Shown here piece after piece: positions 27,648-40,388 of a stretch of 64,000 nucleotides of DNA (positions are counted from its first letter, which is position 1; each line of letters starts with the position of its first letter). The DNA is taken from NCBI GenBank assembly GCA_046563655.1, contig CM102285.1:14942001-15006000 (forward strand), written 5' to 3'. The notes beneath the pieces are model-generated. The model was given only the letters and a program-made list of their open reading frames with translations, ran no database searches and was not told the origin of the DNA. Source of the stretch: Yuukianura sp. NJ FZ-2021 (lineage: Eukaryota). The position numbers were made by a program, and so were the translations under genes.

Positions 27648-28192
27648 ATGAGCAAGTTTCTGCTTCTAGTCACTGCGATCTTTGTGATTTTGCTGGACAT
27701 CAACTGCATTTCTTCACTTCCGGTGGAAGATGCAAGGATCAAGCAACATGTACAGTCAGAGTCACGGTAACAACTTGACCTTTGACCTTTGACCTTGAAA
27801 ACAATTTTTTTGAAGTTGATTTTTGGAGTTGAAGAATTTGAGGTTGAAGATTTATACTAGATTTTTTAAATTTTCTGTTTTTAGAAATTTTGATTTGCTG
27901 AAAATGACTGAATTGGAGTTCATTCTAATTTGTACAATTTTGGCGGCGTTCATCCTCATTTTCGTCTGCTTTTTCGCCATTTACATCTGCTTTGATGATA
28001 TTCGCTACACCAAGAAAGGTAAACCATGACCTTTGACCTTTGTGACCTTGACCTCGTGACCTTGGAATTTGACCTTCGTAACCTTTCATGCTAACTTGTT
28101 TTTAACTTTAAGAAGCTGCTAAGAAGTTGCAGTCGCCACCAGAATTCTTCAAAATGAGCAAAATGACGACACCGACCGGACGCAAATTGTGA
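27648..28192 (+). CDS. Orphan 110-aa single-pass membrane protein (signal peptide plus one TM); exons 27648-27766, 27885-28018, 28113-28192
   Basis: Exons of 119+134+80 nt = 333 nt join through GT-AG introns with matching phases: MSKFLLLVTAIFVILLDINCISSLPVEDARIKQHVQSESRNFDLLKMTELEFILICTILAAFILIFVCFFAIYICFDDIRYTKKEAAKKLQSPPEFFKMSKMTTPTGRKL*. Confidence 0.7.
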
Positions 28193-28377
28193 TTTCCCTT
28201 TTTCTGTGTTAAAAGCTTTCCGGTTTGTTAAATTCAAGGTTAATTAGTTAATTTAATTACAAATTATATAAAAAAGTATGTAAAATGTTAAAGTTTTTGT
28301 TATAAAGTTGTTAAATTGTTGGATTTTGTAGACTGACCTCTGCCCTTTGACCTTTTGACCTTTGAGTTTTATTGTCT

Positions 28378-29456
28378 TTAGAGAAAAAGTTGCACAAGAA
28401 GTGAGATTGTGAGAAATATGAGAATTAGAGGAATTAATAGAACGATTCCGTCCGGAACTAAAGTTCCCGGAAGCATTCGGAAAGGCAAAGCAATCCACGA
28501 ATCGCACGGAATGTCCGTCACGGTCATATTTTCTCGAATGTCGGAATTCCGTCCAGAAAATGTCGCCAGGTAAGAGTCATTTGGCGACAGTTGACGCGTG
28601 TACTCTCTTGCGACAAAAATCGGACTAGGATTGCAATCTTTGAACTCATCTGCATCTGCGTCATCATCCTCCTCCAGAAACGTTTGTGATTGGTCGTCAT
28701 CGTCTAAAAACAGAGTTGGTTCAGAAACAAGTGGTGACAGAATCACTTGCGTACTGTCGCAGCAACTTGCGACATCCTCCTGCGATTGGCTTGCTTTGGC
28801 AGGATTTTTCAAATTCTCGCGCTGGCCTCGTCCAAAGTTTGGATTTGCGTAATACGACACAATTGAGTGCATACTTTCTCCTGAACCGCTTTTTCCAGCG
28901 TTAGCGCAGCGCTCATCTTCTTCTGCGTAGAAATCAGAGTCTGACGCTTCATCGACGTCAAAAACGCTGCTGCTCGACTCTGTGATACGAAAAAACGACG
29001 CTGAAGATCTCTCGGGCGAGAAAGTTTCAAACTTTTCGGCAATTCCTGTGCTTGAAAATGAGTCTTTGGATGCAACCGTATTGGTTGTCGCTGATGCTTG
29101 ACCTTCTGGGCGACATGCCACGGCGACATTCAAACCGTCGTGGATTCCACTGCGACGTCGCACTTCCCGAAGACCAATCCGCAGTAAGTTTTGTGATGCA
29201 GTGAGAGTGAGTGGGCTTCCAGGGGCCGAGTGTGGCCTGGATCCAGCGTCTCCTATGCCTTCCATTCTCTGAAATGTTCAAAATTGAATGAATCTTGACC
29301 TTTGACCTTGTCGTTGGTTTGACCTTTGACCTTTGACCTTACGATGGAACGATGGGACAGTTTTGAGGACTTCGTGGGCGCTTGTGGAGTTAAGGCGTCG
29401 TAGGCTGCGTTGAGATTGGTCAAACAAGAATTAACTGGTGAACGATTCCAGGACAT
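28378..29456 (-). CDS. Orphan Ser/Asp-rich protein with a C-terminal transmembrane anchor, 2 exons
   Basis: MSWNRSP...SHRSI, then a phase-0 intron, then RMEGIGD... into the 295-aa ORF ending DGIVLLIPLILIFLTISLLVQLFL*. Confidence 0.7.
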
Positions 29457-29582
29457 TCCTTGAGAGACAGCAGCAGAAAAACGTAATAAAAACGTCAAAA
29501 CGTTTGCGCTGATGAAATGTCAAAGGTCATGTGAAACTTGGGGGGAGGGAGTTTGTGTTTGGGTTCAAACTTAAGCATTTGT

Positions 29583-29596
29583 GTTACTATGGCAAC
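29583..29596. promoter_or_regulatory. RFX X-box GTTACTATGGCAAC
   Basis: Close consensus match about 127 bp upstream of the inferred ATG (29456) of the tail-anchored gene. Confidence 0.6.
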
Positions 29597-30302
29597 AGAC
29601 ATTTCAAAGTTTCAAAAAGATAGACTTGTCTTCACGCCGTATAAAATTTTAATTTACTTTTGTACCTCAAAGTTACGGTAAAAAAATATTTAGTTTTTTG
29701 AGGTGGACTTATCTTGTGGGATGGAAAATTTTTGTTCTTTTGTATAAATTATGTATTCATCATTTCATGAGTAATTTGTGATTAATTAGTTAATTAATTG
29801 AGTTAATCGATTAGTGTTGTTATTGTATTAAATAGTGGTTTAGGTAAGTTAAATTTGGTGCAAGTGAGGTGAGATGACTTTTTGTCTCTTATCTCCACGT
29901 GTAAAGCCCAATTGAAAGCTGTCATTTCATTTCTCTAATCTCTTCTTGTGTATCTTGTCATTCGGTATTCTCAGTAACTGAATTTGTTCAATTACTTTCA
30001 GTAGTTTAGTAAAACTCCCCTTCCACATCTACCATCAGCAACTGCAGAAGGGAGGTGAGAGAGAGTTACTAATTACTATTTGAAAGGGGATGTAAATCTT
30101 TTCAATTGGTTACTTCAACTTCAAGTGTTACAGCTGACCATTTCATTCCATACTTTTGTATATATTGGAATTCAATTACTAATTGTTGTGTAAAATTGTA
30201 AGGTACGAGATTTTACCAAGAAGAAGGGCACAGCAGGAAGCTTAGAAGGAAGCTGAAAGTACACAAAACGTTGAACGGACGTTGATATTTCGTAGGATCA
30301 AA

Positions 30303-31766
30303 ATGCATTTTGCGAAGATATCGTCGTTCGTCGGACTATTTTTAGTCAGTTGCCTAGTAGAACTGTCCAGTTCTCAGCATCGAGTGGCACCCGGAGTGCC
30401 ACCGCAACAGTACGATCCAAATATGGCCCAGCACCAGCAGTATGGACAGGGTCATGGACATCCACCTCCACCGCAACAACATCGAGAACCGTACCATCCT
30501 CAGCAACAGCAAGTATGATACTCCCAATTCATTTTTAAACTTACCAATAATTGAGAAGCTTCGCTTTAGTTAACATTCATTTTTGTTTCATTAGGTGCCT
30601 ATTCAGCAACAGCAGTATCAGCAGCAAGTTCCAGTTCATCAGCAGCAGGTCCCTGTTCATCAGCAGCCACAGGCTCCTTTGCATCAAGTTCCAGTTCAAC
30701 CGCCTGGAGGTCATGGACATGGTCAGCCACAGCAACATCATCAGCAACCACCCGGAGGACATGGACACGCACATCCACCAGGACATGGTCCTGGACAGCC
30801 AATTCTGGATACTTCCAATATAGGCCAAGAGAGACAGTAAGAAAAAACGAATTTGTTACGTTTTCCAACTTTCTGGAAGTATTTCTTACACAATCTTGTC
30901 TAATTTTAGGCATATCCAGGAACATATGGCAGTCCCGATTGATACTTCTCAGATGAGTGAACAGGAGCTGCAATTTCACTACTTCAAAATGCACGATGCT
31001 GACAACAACAACAAGTTGGATGGTTGTGAACTAGTCAAATCCCTCATTCACTGGCACGGTAAGCAACTAAATTGCTGCCAACCTCCAAAATACTCTTAAA
31101 TATCCTGTTCGCTTCATCTTCTTGATTACCAACTTTCGATTACTTCGATTACTCTATTTCAATTAACTTTAACTGGAGAGGGAAATGCAAAACGCTGTTT
31201 GTTTTGTGTCCAGATGCCTCCAATCACGATCCAAAGGCTGGTCATGCCATTCCAGAAGCCAAACTGTTTCCAGACGACGAACTCATCAACATGATTGACC
31301 CCATTTTAGAAAACGATGACAAGAACAGAGATGGATTCATCGACTACGGAGAGTTCGTTCAAGCTCAAGCTGCTGCCGCTGCCAGGAGTACAGCCAAGCA
31401 CAGCGCTTAAATTAACCAACATTCCAGAACTACGGTGCTTTATTAACGATGACATTATTTCACTTCCACCTTCTACTTTTACAGTTGTCTCCCACTTCTT
31501 GTGGCATTCTTTTTAAAACTTAACGAATTTAACTCAATTACTCAAGTATCAATTACTTTTACTATTAATTATCAAATGTAGTTCATGAAGGGGGTGAAGA
31601 TGAGCATGGAAGTTCATTTGAGGATGATCAAATAGCACACGTAGTTGACCAAGTATTAGATTATGATGTCAACCAAGATGGAATGATTGACTATCAAGAG
31701 TTCATGGTAGCACAGAACTTGGCCCAGAAGAAAGACAAGAAGAAGTGTGACAGTTGTGGAGATTAA
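30303..31766 (+). CDS. MCFD2: MCFD2 homologue (secretory EF-hand protein) with two alternative last exons, 31214-31410 or 31582-31766
   Basis: Signal peptide, Q/H/P-rich linker, [35 protein letters not shown], then the second EF-hand [14 protein letters not shown] (exon A) or [13 protein letters not shown] (exon B). Confidence 0.92.
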
Positions 31767-32292
31767 TTAAGTAATTGCGTAATTAAGATTTAATTTTAAC
31801 TTGAATTGGGTTTTAGAATATCATCTCATGGATCTTCATTAGTCCATTTTTAATCATTTTATTTTTGTGCTGATACAAAATTAGCGTAAATGGAAACCTA
31901 AATTGTAAGTTTAGTAATTAGGAAAAACAGAGCAAAATACTTGAATAAAGGTGGACGGAAATGGATTAATTAGTTAATCATTGATTAATTAGTGAGTGAG
32001 TAGAGTGATTAAAGTGTTAATTGTTTGTGTTTAGAAAAAAAAAAGGCGGGAACTTTAACCTCCACACGTGATAGATGCAAAACAAAAACAAAAGATTATG
32101 TCAATTCTGTTTTTCTTTGTTTTAGTAAGTTAGAAAATTGAAGTTTCTTTCGATTTTTGCACATTCTGGAACCGTTGTTCAACTGAAAAAGGTAACAAGG
32201 AATAGTAGTTAGTAATAAAATAAATTGCCGACTTTCTTAGTAGATTTGACTTTAATTGCTCATGTGTTTTAACTTCATCTGTAGGGAAAACG

Positions 32293-34344
32293 ATGAGGAG
32301 GTCAACCAGAAGAACAAAAGTTAAAGAAAACGAGTCTAACGATACAGCAGTACCCGATCCTGATCCTGATTATGTTCCTGTTCCTGATCCTGTTGACGAT
32401 GATGTGGAAAATGTGAATGTCGCTGTCCAGAGTAAGGAAACAAATGAAAGCGATGAAGAAGATGATGAAGTTGGCTCGAAGAATTTTCCACAGGCGTGTC
32501 ATGTTATTCCATACAAATCCAACATTCTGAACAGTCTTGATGGAATCTTGTACAACAACTGCCGAAAGAAAGAGCGACGACCATTGCAAGAGGCCATGGT
32601 GAGTTTGACAATGTCAAACGTCTGACATTTTACTTCAAACGTTTTAGTTCACGTACAATTTTGTTGTGTAGGTGCGAAAACTGAGCGTGAAAGGAAACTT
32701 AGAAAGGTTCCAACAATCGTCCAACACAACGCAGAGATTCGGCCGAAGAATTACGGAAATCTCGTGGAGTCCAAAGGAACCTTACTTGGTCGGAGCAGCT
32801 TGCAAGTTTGGTGACATTCTGCTGTTCAGAGGCTCTTATGATCAACATGGTGAATTGAAAATGCAGCAACGCCTTGCTATCAAAGGGGTAAGAAAATAAA
32901 GCGAAAAGGACGGACAGTCGTGTGATTCGTAAATCAATGTCAATTGTTATGTTTTTGCAGCCCGGGCCGGACGGAGCCATTTTCTCTATTCGGTATGACG
33001 AACGTCGTCGGAATCTTTTCTATACTGCCGGTTTGGATTCTATGGTGAACTGCTTCGATATTGAACGAGAAGGAGAACGGGTTCATGAATTCTACAACAC
33101 TGGAGACTACAAGTACAAAACGATTTTTTCTTTCATCGTTCTTAAGTTAATTTTGAAGTGAACTTAACTTTTAATTCTTTGTGTAATTTCCATGCTAATA
33201 GTCACTGGTTTACATCCATGGACGTTTCACAACCAACCAGAACGCTACTCGCAGGATGTACCAAGGGATACATCTATCTCAGCACTCTTGACGGAGAGAA
33301 TATCGCCAAAACCAGAATTCACAAAGGCAAAGTATTCCATGTCGAGTTCAATCAAGTGTAAGTCGAAAACGTTGTTTAAAAAAAACCTATATAGAAAGTA
33401 AAGTAATTGGCAGTGTAAAACAGGTCTGACCTGATCTCTACTACATTTCTTTAGACTTCCACATCTCATCGTGACCTCGTCAATTGACAAGACTGTGAAA
33501 CTCTGGGACCTCCGACAACTCTCAGAAAACAAACCTCTGTGTGTATTGTCTCATGAAAAACCAGTGAATGTCGCTCGATTTAAGTAAGACACACTAAAAA
33601 AGCATCCTGCTTTATAAGCCTCAAATTCTGACGTTTTTGTTACGACAGCCCTCTCAACAGTTCTCGGTTGCTAACCAGTGACCAGAGATATGACATCCGA
33701 GTTTACCGTGGACCAAACTGGAATCAAACAACTTATATCAAGCAACCTCATCGTCAATTCCAGCACCTCACAGCAATAGTGGCCAACTGGCATCCTCTGA
33801 GTGATATCATTGTGATTGGGAAGTATCCAGTAGTGCCCAGGGGGGCACCAGCTCCGTCTCGTCCAATTCAGTTTTTTGATGCTGACAGTGGAGACATGAT
33901 CCACCAGTTGTTTCCAACCTACAACGAAATTGTGAGTCTCAACGCCTTCAACCCCATGGGGGACATTTTAGCTGCCGGACAAGGTGAAAATGCATTCCAA
34001 GATACTATTTTTCATGAAATGTAAAAGAGATATCTATCTAGAGTTGATATACTATCGAGTGTTTGTCTTTTTTAGGTCGAAACCTTCTGTTTTACAATCA
34101 GCAAGACCATACTCAAGTGCTGGACAAGCAATCACGACTGTTGAAGCGGAAGAAAGACAGTTACCCGGATGTCCATTTCGACCGTCATCGTCAACGTGCT
34201 CGGCCAGATTCGGATTCTGGTGAGGAAGATGACCAAGATGCCAATGAGAAGAAGAAGCGTAAACGTAAAGGACCTTCGGCTAAACCTCCAGCAGCCAAAA
34301 AGGGAAAAACGTCACAAAGTGGAACCAAAACGAAAAAGAGTTGA
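32293..34344 (+). CDS. DDB2: DNA damage-binding protein 2 (WD40), multi-exon
   Basis: FGRRITEISWSP, IHKGKVFHVEFN, SSIDKTVKLWDLR, LLTSDQRYDIRVY, QPHRQFQHLTAIVANWHP (the FQH lesion-probing hairpin), IVSLNAFNPMGDILAAG. Confidence 0.88.
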
Positions 34345-34643
34345 GAACATCAATCAAACTTTTTACTGACGGGTATTCTAGGTTCTCTCAAGAAAAAAAG
34401 TTGTTTGGAATTTAGTCCATACACAATTGCTGTACCTTACAATTCTTGGTAACTTTACAATTAATTTTTCGAGTTTCTTAAAAATCGCTTTTCTAAACAA
34501 ACAAAGTTAGCTTCTAAATGACTTACGTTGAATAAACGATAAATAATGTTCGGTGAACTAAAGATTCCATAGAAGTCAAAGTGTTATCAATTCTACACAT
34601 TTAACTTTTTAGTTTCAGTTACCTCCATTTGAGATCAAAGTTC

Positions 34644-35253
34644 TTAGGATAGCGGTCGTTCGTCACCTCGAATTGCTCGGTATTTGGCCATTTCCACTGG
34701 AAATACATTTGTGAGTTCAACGAGTAGGTGAGCTCGGAATCTTCGGTAGGCATCAATCTTCCCCTTGACTGCTTCATTCTTGTTCATCGCCTTCTCCATG
34801 CAGTCTTTTGTATACAACTGAGGATTCCGTCCTTCATCGATGTAGCTGTCAATGATGAAAACGAGCCAACTAATTAGCTAAACCCAATAATTATATCTTA
34901 GAAATTGAATATCGCTGAATGGATTTAAGCCTCGACTCACTCGAAGACCTCCAATGGTACATGTACATCCTGCACTTGTGGTTGGGATTTGAGACGATCG
35001 ATTTCTTGAAGTCCAGTGACGATTGTTTGTCTACCGAAAAAATCATCACAAAAAGTCAATCGTCGGCCATATTTGATATTTCCTAAGCAGAACGATGAAA
35101 TCAATCGATTAATGACAGTATATTGACTTACATCTTCTGATTGAGTACATTTTGCCCTTGGGGTTGGAAATCACTAACGATGATAGTGATCTGTCGTATG
35201 TTTTCAATAAACATCTCCAGCTGACTCTCCAAATTCTCCAGTGGGGTAGCCAT
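34644..35253 (-). CDS. MED10: Mediator subunit 10, 3 exons (absent from the ORF track)
   Basis: MATPLENLESQLEMFIENIRQITIIVSDFQPQGQNVLNQK...VQDVHVPLEVF.YIDEGRNPQLYTKDCMEKAMNKNEAVKGKIDAY...KYRAIRGDERPLS*. Confidence 0.93.
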
Positions 35254-36108
35254 TTTAACAATTAAAAGTAATTCCGAGCTGAAGTTCTCTCTCGTACCCG
35301 TCTATTTCTTACCGAAAAACCGAAATCTTGTTTTTTTAAGTAAAGTATGATTTTTAGTAAAGTAATTGATTAGATTAATCAAGGAATCTCTGGATAACTG
35401 TACTCTTTGGAAACAAAAATGAATGAAGTCCCGTTCTTTTCTTATCAAACTTTCACTTCCCTTATCTTCGATTTGGTTTGACTAAAAGCTACTTACAGCT
35501 TTCCTTCACTTCTGACATACATGGGCGTAAGTATTATTTCTTTACGTAAACATTGTCGTACTACTTTCTATTTAACTGAGTATTGTTAATTAATTAGTGA
35601 AAACATATTTAATTAATACTAGTAATTAAATATTAATTTTATACTGCTTGTTTTATGTTGTATTGTTATTGTTATTTAAAATAGTATTATGTCCATCTAT
35701 GCAACTTGGCTTCATTGGGGTAGTGTGGAAGTAACTTTTAGTCAAACCATGAATTCCGAAATCACTCACATGTTTCGTGTTTTCATATTCACACGTTTTG
35801 GAATTAATCACTGGAATTTTAGTGTCGTCCAACTCAATTACTCTCGTCTTATTCAAGAAGCTATCCTCCGTTGGTAAGTCATGTTATTATGGAAGTATGC
35901 TAATTAGCCAATTTATTGTTTAGGTGGAAGTGCGTCAATCGACTGACCAAGTTATTTTTAGTATAGAAGAATTTACGAATTTTTATTTTTTTGTTTTAGT
36001 GTTATGGTGTTGGCTCGCGGGGGATAGTGGATCGTTGCAGAATTTTAAAGATTGGCTGAACATCGGTAAACTCTGTCAATTGTCAAGTCAATTAACCCCG
36101 GCAGTACT

Positions 36109-39100
36109 ATGAAGTTGTGTGGATCATTTGGTTGGAAACGACTCAACAATGTCCTGCAAGCTCCAATTCCATTTGGCCAACGACATTTGTACCGAAGTTC
36201 TACTTCACTTCAACTTGATCCCTCTTCGCCAACAAAGTCAAAGAAAGTTGGCAGTCCAAAAAAGAAGTACTCGGATACTGTCATTCTCCCCAAAAGCGAT
36301 TTTCCTTTAAAAATTTCACAAGAGAATCGAAAAGAACACGAATTAGCTTTGGCAGTGGTAAACTAGTGCAGATATAAAATTGGTTAACTAGCAGTATAAA
36401 AATGATTTACTTAATTTTATTTTCCATTTAGAGGTTAAAGTTTGACAAACTCTATGCATCTCAACTGCAATGGAGAAGAGATCAACCTGAGTATATTCTG
36501 CACGATGGTCCTCCTTATGCCAACGGCGAGGCACACATTGGACATGCTGTGAATAAAGTAAGCCAATCTTATCGAAATCTGATTTTAAACAAGAAATTAC
36601 CGATTTTGTTTGATTTCAACAGATTTTAAAGGATATTACCAATCGGTACAAGTTGTTGAGAGGCTACAGAATCAATTATCGTCCAGGATGGGACTGTCAT
36701 GGGCTTCCAATTGAACTCAAGTCTACCAAAGAAAAGTTAGCAATCGGAGTGAACCCGAACGATGTTCGTGGAGCATGTAAGCCAAGAATCTTCAAAGAAA
36801 ACAGGAACTTTATCGATTTTTGCAATGTCTTAACAACTTTTTGTGAATTTTTAGCTCGCGACGTTGCAAATGAAGCTATACTGAAGCAGAAACAAGCTTT
36901 TCAAAGGTGGGCTGTCATAGGCGATTGGGAAAATCCTTACAAAACGTTTGACAAGGACTACGTCAAAGCCCAGTTACAACTGTTTCACTTGTTGTATGAC
37001 AAAGTAAGTCAATTAATCTAAGATTATTTAATTAATTAGTAACAACAATAATTGAGTTAATTTATGTTTTCAGGGCCTGCTGTACCGAGATCTGAAACCA
37101 GTCTACTGGTCACCTTCCAGTCAGTACGTAAACTCCACAAGCATAAGCAACTAATTAGCTAATTCTTGCTTTTCAATTAATCATAATCTTAACATTTTTT
37201 AGCACTGCTCTGGCCGAAGCAGAGTTGGAGTACGTATCAAATCACGAGAGTACTTCCATCCTCCTCAATCTCGATCTCAATCTCAATCTTCAACAATTTA
37301 TGTCCCAAATTGGTTCAGTTGTTCCCGCCCAGTTTGATAATGTACTGGACAAGAAAGTTTATGCAGTCATTTGGACCACGACACCATGGACACTTCCGTC
37401 TAATACTGCCGTGGCTTACTGTGCCGATGAAAAATATTCTGTCCTGTACAATGGGCGGATCCCAGCAGACAGAAGAGACTTCTACATCGTGGCTACGAAA
37501 CTCATACCTCAGTTTGAATCTTTACTTGAGAAGAACATGGAGATCTTGACTGAGTTCTCTGGCGACCATTTGAAGAATCTGACCTACCGACATCCGTGGT
37601 TTGAAGATCGTCGTCAGCCTTTTCTGGATTCAAGTCATGTGACCATGGACAAAGGCACGGGGTTGGTCCACATTGCTCCGGCACACGGTCCAGACGATTT
37701 TCTTCTTGCTCTGAAACATAACTTACCGATAGTGAGTGAAACAAAATGTAAAATACCGTATTTATCGGGGTATAACGCGTATTCGCATATAATGCGTAGT
37801 GAAATATCATTTCCAATCTCAAAGTTTCGATTTTATACAAGATGGAAGATTTTGAAATTATGATTTTGTTTTGTGTGTTTTTGATTTTTAGGAGTGCTTT
37901 GTTGATGATGAAGGGAAGTTTGACTCGAGACTTGGAGCCCTTAAGGGTCTTCCTGCTCTGACGATGGGAAATACACAAGTTTTGAAGAAGTTAGAAGAAT
38001 CGGTTCTCTACAAAGATACTAAATTTGTTCACTCTTATCCCTACGATTGGCGTACCAAGAAGCCTGTTCTCGTCAAAGCCAGCATGCAGTGGTTTCTCAA
38101 TACTCAAAAACTAAAGGAAAAAGCTGTAGTGAGTTAATCGATTAATTTAATTTATGGATTTATGCATGAAGTTTAACACTTTTTTGGGAACTTGCAGGAA
38201 CTGCTGTCAAGTGTCAACATTTTTCCTAAAAATATCCAGAACGGAATGGCAGCCCAAGTTATGAGCAGGCCTTACTGGTGTATTTCGAGACAAAGGTTGT
38301 GGGGTGTACCGATTCCTGTTTTGTACAACAAGGAAACTGGAGAACCTGTTGTTAACAAGTAAGTTTTAAATTTTTAGAATACTAGAATTCAAAAATCTTA
38401 TTTTTAAAATTTTTAAAATTTTAAAATTTTAAAACAGGAAAATAATCGACAAGATGTGTGAAGTTTGTGATCGAAATGGAAATCTGGATAGCTGGTGGAC
38501 GCTTCCTCCGTCTGCATTTTCGGATAATAAGGAAGCTGATACACTGTACGAAAAAGGAAAGGTGAAGAAATACTTGGACCAAACTAATTAGTACTCTAAT
38601 TAATCAAGATTTTTCAATGTTTTCATACTAAAAACTAAAATCTGAAACTAACTTTTGTGTTTTTCTTTTCAGGATATTTTTGATATTTGGTTTGACAGTG
38701 GAATTTCTTGGCATTTGTTGGATGGAAAGACGGCTGACTTATGCGTGGAAGGACTTGATCAATTCACTGGTTGGTTCCAGTCCTCTCTTCTGCTCTCTTT
38801 GGCTGTCAGAGGAACTGCACCTTACAAGTAAGCTATGAAATTTTTGAAAATTTTAAGAAAATTTTCGAAAAGTTTGTTTTTAAGTTTTTTTGAAAGTTGC
38901 ATGAAATTTTATTTCTTACAGAAATCTGTTGGTTCATGGGTTTGTTGTGGATGAAGACAACAAGAAAATGTCAAAATCTCTTGGGAATGTTGTCCATCCC
39001 ACTTCGGTTACGGATGGAGACAAGGCACTTACTAACGGAAAAGCTTTTGGAGTGGACGTACTGAGGTAAAATTCAAAATACTAGAAATCCAATCCAAACT

Positions 39101-40388
39101 TTAAAAAAGGAAACGAAAAGTTAATCTTGAAAATGGTTTTTTTTTCAGATGGTGGGTAGCGTCGCAAGGTTCCCAGGGATCCAGCATGGCTTTGAGTACG
39201 ACTGCACTTCGCTCGGCTGAAGAAAATATCCAGAAGTTGCGACATGTTTTGAAGTTTCTTGTGAGTTTTACTAACGAAAAGGCCAATGAGGACATGGATG
39301 TTGACGAAGTGACTTACGATGAGTTGGAGTACATGGACCAGTACATGCTCCTCCTACTCAACAAGTTCCAGAAGGAAGTGACTGAACAGTATGAAGGATT
39401 TGCTTATCATAGAGTCATGATGAAAGTGGTCCATTTTGTGACTGTTCATGTTTCGGCACATTATTTGACATGGGTCAAAGATAGGTGAGACAAATACAAA
39501 TAAAGCGAAACTTTTCAAAATTTTCTAAATTTTTTGTTTGAAATTTTAGACTTTACTGTGACCGAAAGGACAGTCAGAGCCGGAAGTCAGCCATGTACGT
39601 TCTCAACCAAATTTATTTAACTTTGATCAAAACGCTTGGTCCAGTTTTGCCATTTTTAACGGAGGAGAGCTACTCGTACTACTCGGCGGGTAAGACAAAA
39701 AATTCACTAAATTGAAGTGAAGAAAGGTCAGTTTCGGTTTTAAAAAAAAAATTATGTTTCTGTGTTTTTAGTTGAAGAGTCATTGTTCAAGTACACTTGG
39801 TTCAACGTGGGAGAGGAGCAGTGGGACAATGGACATGTGAATGACTTGTTTGCTCTGGCGCTGGACATTAGAACGAGTCTCAACCATGTTATTGGTGAAA
39901 ACGATCAAAAACAAGTGTGGGTTGAAATTATTTGTAATCAAAGCAACTTCAAAATGCTGCAGGTAATTTTTGAAAAAAGTTGAAATTGCAGAAATATGAG
40001 GCATAGAGTTGAAAATTATAAGTTTTTTGAAATATTTGTCTAGGTTCTGCACCCTGATGAATGTAATTCTGAACTTTGTGATATTTTACAAGTATCTGGA
40101 GTGACGCTTCATTGCAGCGATCAAGCCGATTTTAGTATCAATCCTTACGGAGTTTCTCATAGTCTGAATGGATTTTCCGTTGGAGTTTCGAAGACAGAGA
40201 AGATGCAGTGTGCTCGTTGTCGTCGCTTCTGTTGTACAGAGGGGGATGTACTTTGTTCCCGTTGTGCAGCGATTCTGAAAGTGACTACCATAGGAACTCC
40301 AATTGAACAGCAGCAAAGAGCAGTGGAAGTTCCAGAAATTGTGGAAGATGCTCAACAACCTCCAGCAGAAATCAGGAGCAGAACTTAA
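36109..40388 (+). CDS. IARS2: Mitochondrial isoleucyl-tRNA synthetase, multi-exon
   Basis: Transit-peptide-like N-terminus; [71 protein letters not shown] near 38965; C-terminal CARCRR...CSRC. Confidence 0.95.
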
